Below, piece by piece: positions 61,284 to 64,000 of a DNA stretch of 64,000 nucleotides (the first letter of the stretch is position 1; every line of letters starts with the position of its first letter). A program made the translations under genes and the position numbers. Source of the DNA: an uncultured delta proteobacterium (GTDB lineage: Bacteria; Desulfobacterota; Binatia; UBA9968); contig CAVSLC010000014.1 in the NCBI GenBank assembly GCA_963728565.1, positions 78,030 to 142,029 on the forward strand, read 5' to 3'. A model generated the notes under the pieces. That model had not been told where the DNA came from. It did no database searches and saw only the letters and a program-made list of their open reading frames with translations.

Positions 61284-62768
61284 ATGATTTCGTCCCCCGG
61301 TCATGAACCGATCACGCAGCGCCATCGGTGGTGGTCGTTGGCGGTTGTGTCATTAGGAACGTTTATGGTGACCACTGATATCGGGCTGCTCAGCATTGCG
61401 CTTCCGGTGATTATCACCGATTTGCGAGCGGACCTGGCTTTGGCAGGCTGGATTGCGGTGATCTATGCGCTGGTGACGGCGTCTCTCTATCTTCCCTGCG
61501 GCAGACTCTCGGACATGATCGGTCGGGCCAAGGTATACCGGGTAGGATTCTTTGTCTATGCGGGGACTTCGCTGGTCGCCGGTTTTGCGCAGGACGCTTG
61601 GCAATTGATTTTCTTGCGCGGGCTGCAGGCGATCGGCAGTGCGCTGATTATGACGAACAGCTTCGCGATGGTGGCGGCGATTTTTCCGCCGGAAGAGCGC
61701 GGTCGCGCTATGGGAATCGCCGGCGGCACGGTTTCAGCGCTCGGCTATACCTTGGGCCCGGTGATTGGCGGACTACTCACTTATGCGCTGGGCTGGCGGT
61801 CCAACTTTTTTCTGACTTCGCTGCTGTCGATTATCGGTTTCACGGCGGCCTGTTATCTGCTGCGCGATGACGCCGATGAGCCGGCACGGCCTGGCGCGAA
61901 AGAGTCCTTCGACTTTGCCGGCGCGGTGAGTTTCGCGTTGGCTATATGCGCCTTGCTGCTGGGGCTAACGGCAGGGCAGAGGGCGGGTTGGAGCAGCGTT
62001 CCGATCCTAAGCGAACTTGGTCTTGGTCTGGCCACATTAGCTTTTTTCATTTGGTGGGAGGCGGGCAGCCGCTTTCCTCTGCTTGATTTGGGGCTTTTTA
62101 AGATTCGCGCATTTAGCCATGGCAACATCGCTCGCCTGATCAGCTTCATGGTAATTAGCTTAAATAATCTGGTCATGCCTTTCTTTTTACAGCTCGCCAT
62201 GGGCTTGGATCCGCTGCAGGCCGGGCTGCTCGTCGCGCCGACGCCTTTGGCGTTGGCATTGGTGGCGCCGGTGGCTGGATGGCTTTCGGAGAAGGTTTCG
62301 GCGCGCTTGCTTACCGCGGCGGGATTAACGCTCAAGGCAATTGCCTGCTTTCTGCTGTCTTATGTTTCGATCAACGCGTCTTCTTTTGACTTGGTTCTAA
62401 GACTAGGACTCTTAGGATTGGGGTTGGGAATCTTTCAAACTCCGAACAACAATTCCCTGATGAGCTCGATTCCCAGAGAACGGCTGGGAGTGGGATCATC
62501 TTTCTTGTCAGTCGTCCGTAGTCTGGGTCATTCTGCCGGGACGGCGCTGGCCACCGCAATTATCAGCGCGCGGCTGGTCGCGGTTACCGGAAGAAATGCA
62601 GTCGATGATCTGAAGCACGCCACAGGCGTTGGCGCGGGAGCGGTGCTGCCGGCCTTTATGGAAGGATTCCGTTATGCCTTTTTGACTGCGGCCGCCCTCT
62701 GTATCCTCGGCGCGGTAATCAGCGCGCTACCGGCGGAGAATAAACGGTCGAAGCCGGGGCGCGCATAG
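61284..62768 (+). CDS. MFS transporter, DHA2/EmrB-QacA-like
   Basis: IALPVI, GRLSD.IGR, ERGRAMG, GPVIGG and PLLDL.LF motifs, with about 14 TM segments. Confidence 0.9.
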   Translation: MISSPGHEPITQRHRWWSLAVVSLGTFMVTTDIGLLSIALPVIITDLRADLALAGWIAVIYALVTASLYLPCGRLSDMIGRAKVYRVGFFVYAGTSLVAGFAQDAWQLIFLRGLQAIGSALIMTNSFAMVAAIFPPEERGRAMGIAGGTVSALGYTLGPVIGGLLTYALGWRSNFFLTSLLSIIGFTAACYLLRDDADEPARPGAKESFDFAGAVSFALAICALLLGLTAGQRAGWSSVPILSELGLGLATLAFFIWWEAGSRFPLLDLGLFKIRAFSHGNIARLISFMVISLNNLVMPFFLQLAMGLDPLQAGLLVAPTPLALALVAPVAGWLSEKVSARLLTAAGLTLKAIACFLLSYVSINASSFDLVLRLGLLGLGLGIFQTPNNNSLMSSIPRERLGVGSSFLSVVRSLGHSAGTALATAIISARLVAVTGRNAVDDLKHATGVGAGAVLPAFMEGFRYAFLTAAALCILGAVISALPAENKRSKPGRA

Positions 62769-62915
62769 CAGGCTCCTGAAAGAACCTCTTGCAGGCTGTA
62801 AAAAATGAAGATAGAAGGCGCGCGAAAAATCGACGAGCAAAGGCGTACTCACAGTAGCTCGGAGCGAAGTGATCGAGCGCACGAAGTATTTGGGGCTTTT
62901 TCAGCTGCCTGCTAG
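62766..62915 (-). mobile_element. MITE copy 4 (reverse orientation, between two stop codons)
   Basis: TAGCAGGCTCCTGAAAG, then GCAGGCTGTAAAAAA...CTTTTTCAGCTGCCTGCTAG. The core is the reverse complement of the other copies. Confidence 0.8.
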
Positions 62916-63649
62916 AATTCGCTGACGCCGAGGCGCCCAATGAAGGGTAGCTTCAGCGCGGGCTTGAGAATATCAACGCCGAAACTTAGGCCAAGCAGAT
63001 TCAATTCGATGCCTTCTTCGCGCGCCAACATGATTCCAAACACTCCCAATAGCGAAAGCTGATAACCAGTTCCGCTGGGCGCCCGATCGATCATCGAGCC
63101 GTTGATCGGATAGTCCTTGCCGATTGCGGTGGCGGGAAGGTCCATTTTAAGTTCCGGCACTTGCCGGCCGACGTAAGCCATAAAAGTGTTGCTGTTGGGG
63201 CCTGGCCATAGTTGATACTCATCGGCATAGGGATAAGTCGCAGTGGCCTGAACAATTTTTGGGATTGCCGCGGCTGCGACATCGCCGCGGATATCCAGGA
63301 GAAGCTCGGGTTCGTTGCCAAACCAGCGTCCGTCGGGAATACCCGGCGCGGAAACCACCACGGGCAGATTGCGGTATGCCCGCCAACCGATAACATGATG
63401 GATTGTATATTGAGTCCCATCAGGCGGCTTGGTGGCGATCCACGTATGCACACCAAAAATGCCGCGCCAGTTAAGCGCGCGAGCGCCATAGACTTGCACG
63501 ACCGCTTCGGGCGTGGTCTCCGCCGCCGGCGCAATCCCAGCGCTCGAACGGTCCGCGGTTCGATAGTCTCTGCCCAGGGGAACCTGTCCTGAAAGAACCG
63601 TGTAGAGCGGCAGCCCCAAAACAAACAACAGTGAAAAAATTAGAATCAT
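62912..63649 (-). CDS. DUF3750 family protein
   Basis: ADRSSAG, AVVQVYGAR..WRG.FGVHTWIATK, WFG..P, YPY..Y..WPGPNSNTF and LP.TAIGKDY motifs. Confidence 0.88.
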   Translation of the reverse strand: MILIFSLLFVLGLPLYTVLSGQVPLGRDYRTADRSSAGIAPAAETTPEAVVQVYGARALNWRGIFGVHTWIATKPPDGTQYTIHHVIGWRAYRNLPVVVSAPGIPDGRWFGNEPELLLDIRGDVAAAAIPKIVQATATYPYADEYQLWPGPNSNTFMAYVGRQVPELKMDLPATAIGKDYPINGSMIDRAPSGTGYQLSLLGVFGIMLAREEGIELNLLGLSFGVDILKPALKLPFIGRLGVSEF

Positions 63650-63696
63650 CGCGGTGTTTACCAGAGCGAGAGTATAACCATCAATATAGGCCAATG

Positions 63697-63843
63697 CTAG
63701 CACGCCGCTGAAGAAGTCTGATAGGCTCGTTGTACTTGCTCGACTCGCTTCAACGTACTGAATCGTACGCCTCTGCATCGAGCTGCGCACGCCTTGCTCT
63801 GGGTCTTTTAGCGCCTTGTGATCAGAGTTTTCAAAACCGCTAG
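63697..63843 (+). mobile_element. MITE copy 5 (degenerate)
   Basis: Shared core TCGCTTCAACGTACTGAATCGTACGCC...CGCCTTGC, with CTAG at both 63697-63700 and 63840-63843. Confidence 0.75.
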
Positions 63844-64000
63844 AGAGCCACGTGGATAACAGGAACTCGCGAGCGGCTCATACCGAATCGCAAGCAGATC
63901 AGGGGTCTTAAACTCCGTAAAATTCGCTATTCTTGTGATCGCTTGCAAGCCAGGATAGATTTCCCAACCATGGCAGCGGAGATACGCATCGGACATGGCT

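Noticed and set aside
63650-63790. N-terminal extension of the DUF3750 ORF, and short ORFs over MITE copies (for example 41020-41262 and 62719-62940)
   Set aside because: These are translations of the repeat element, not conserved protein sequence.

Overview
This is a bacterial chromosomal window of moderately high GC. Its many NMT1/SsuA-type substrate-binding proteins, LLM oxidoreductase, amidohydrolases and intergenic repeats suggest a Candidatus Binatia/Deltaproteobacteria-like genome, though that assignment is inference. From left to right it holds: a frameshift-riddled 4 kb stretch (UbiD-family 3' end, two broken SBP genes, broken GST) ending at tRNA-Gly(CCC); AKR and PuuE-like deacetylase; a PTPS-III-type pterin enzyme divergent from yqeC-mocA; pyrD; NIPSNAP; a sigma54-type GT2 plus TPR/beta-barrel polysaccharide pair; frmA; Mo-hydroxylase small, medium and CoxG genes with no large subunit; rlmE, galT, glmU-glmS, yihY-like, asmA-like and livHMGF; an acetone-carboxylase/hydantoinase-like locus whose B subunit carries a fused gamma (AcxC-like) domain, embedded among four SBPs, an LLM and a permease; a DUF4212-ActP-CBS/DUF294 locus; and several hydrolases, transporters and a lone molybdopterin oxidoreductase. 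No transposase, integrase, CRISPR array or rRNA is visible. At least four families of non-coding repeats are present, including five copies of an IS5/IS1182-like MITE that supplies or abuts TAG stop codons. A hairpin-dense ~215 nt ncRNA candidate lies next to pyrD. Scattered single-base frameshifts may be assembly errors. The best candidates for undescribed biology are the alpha-gamma-fused carboxylase with its transport cluster, the MITE family, the structured RNA and the His-per-blade beta-propeller.
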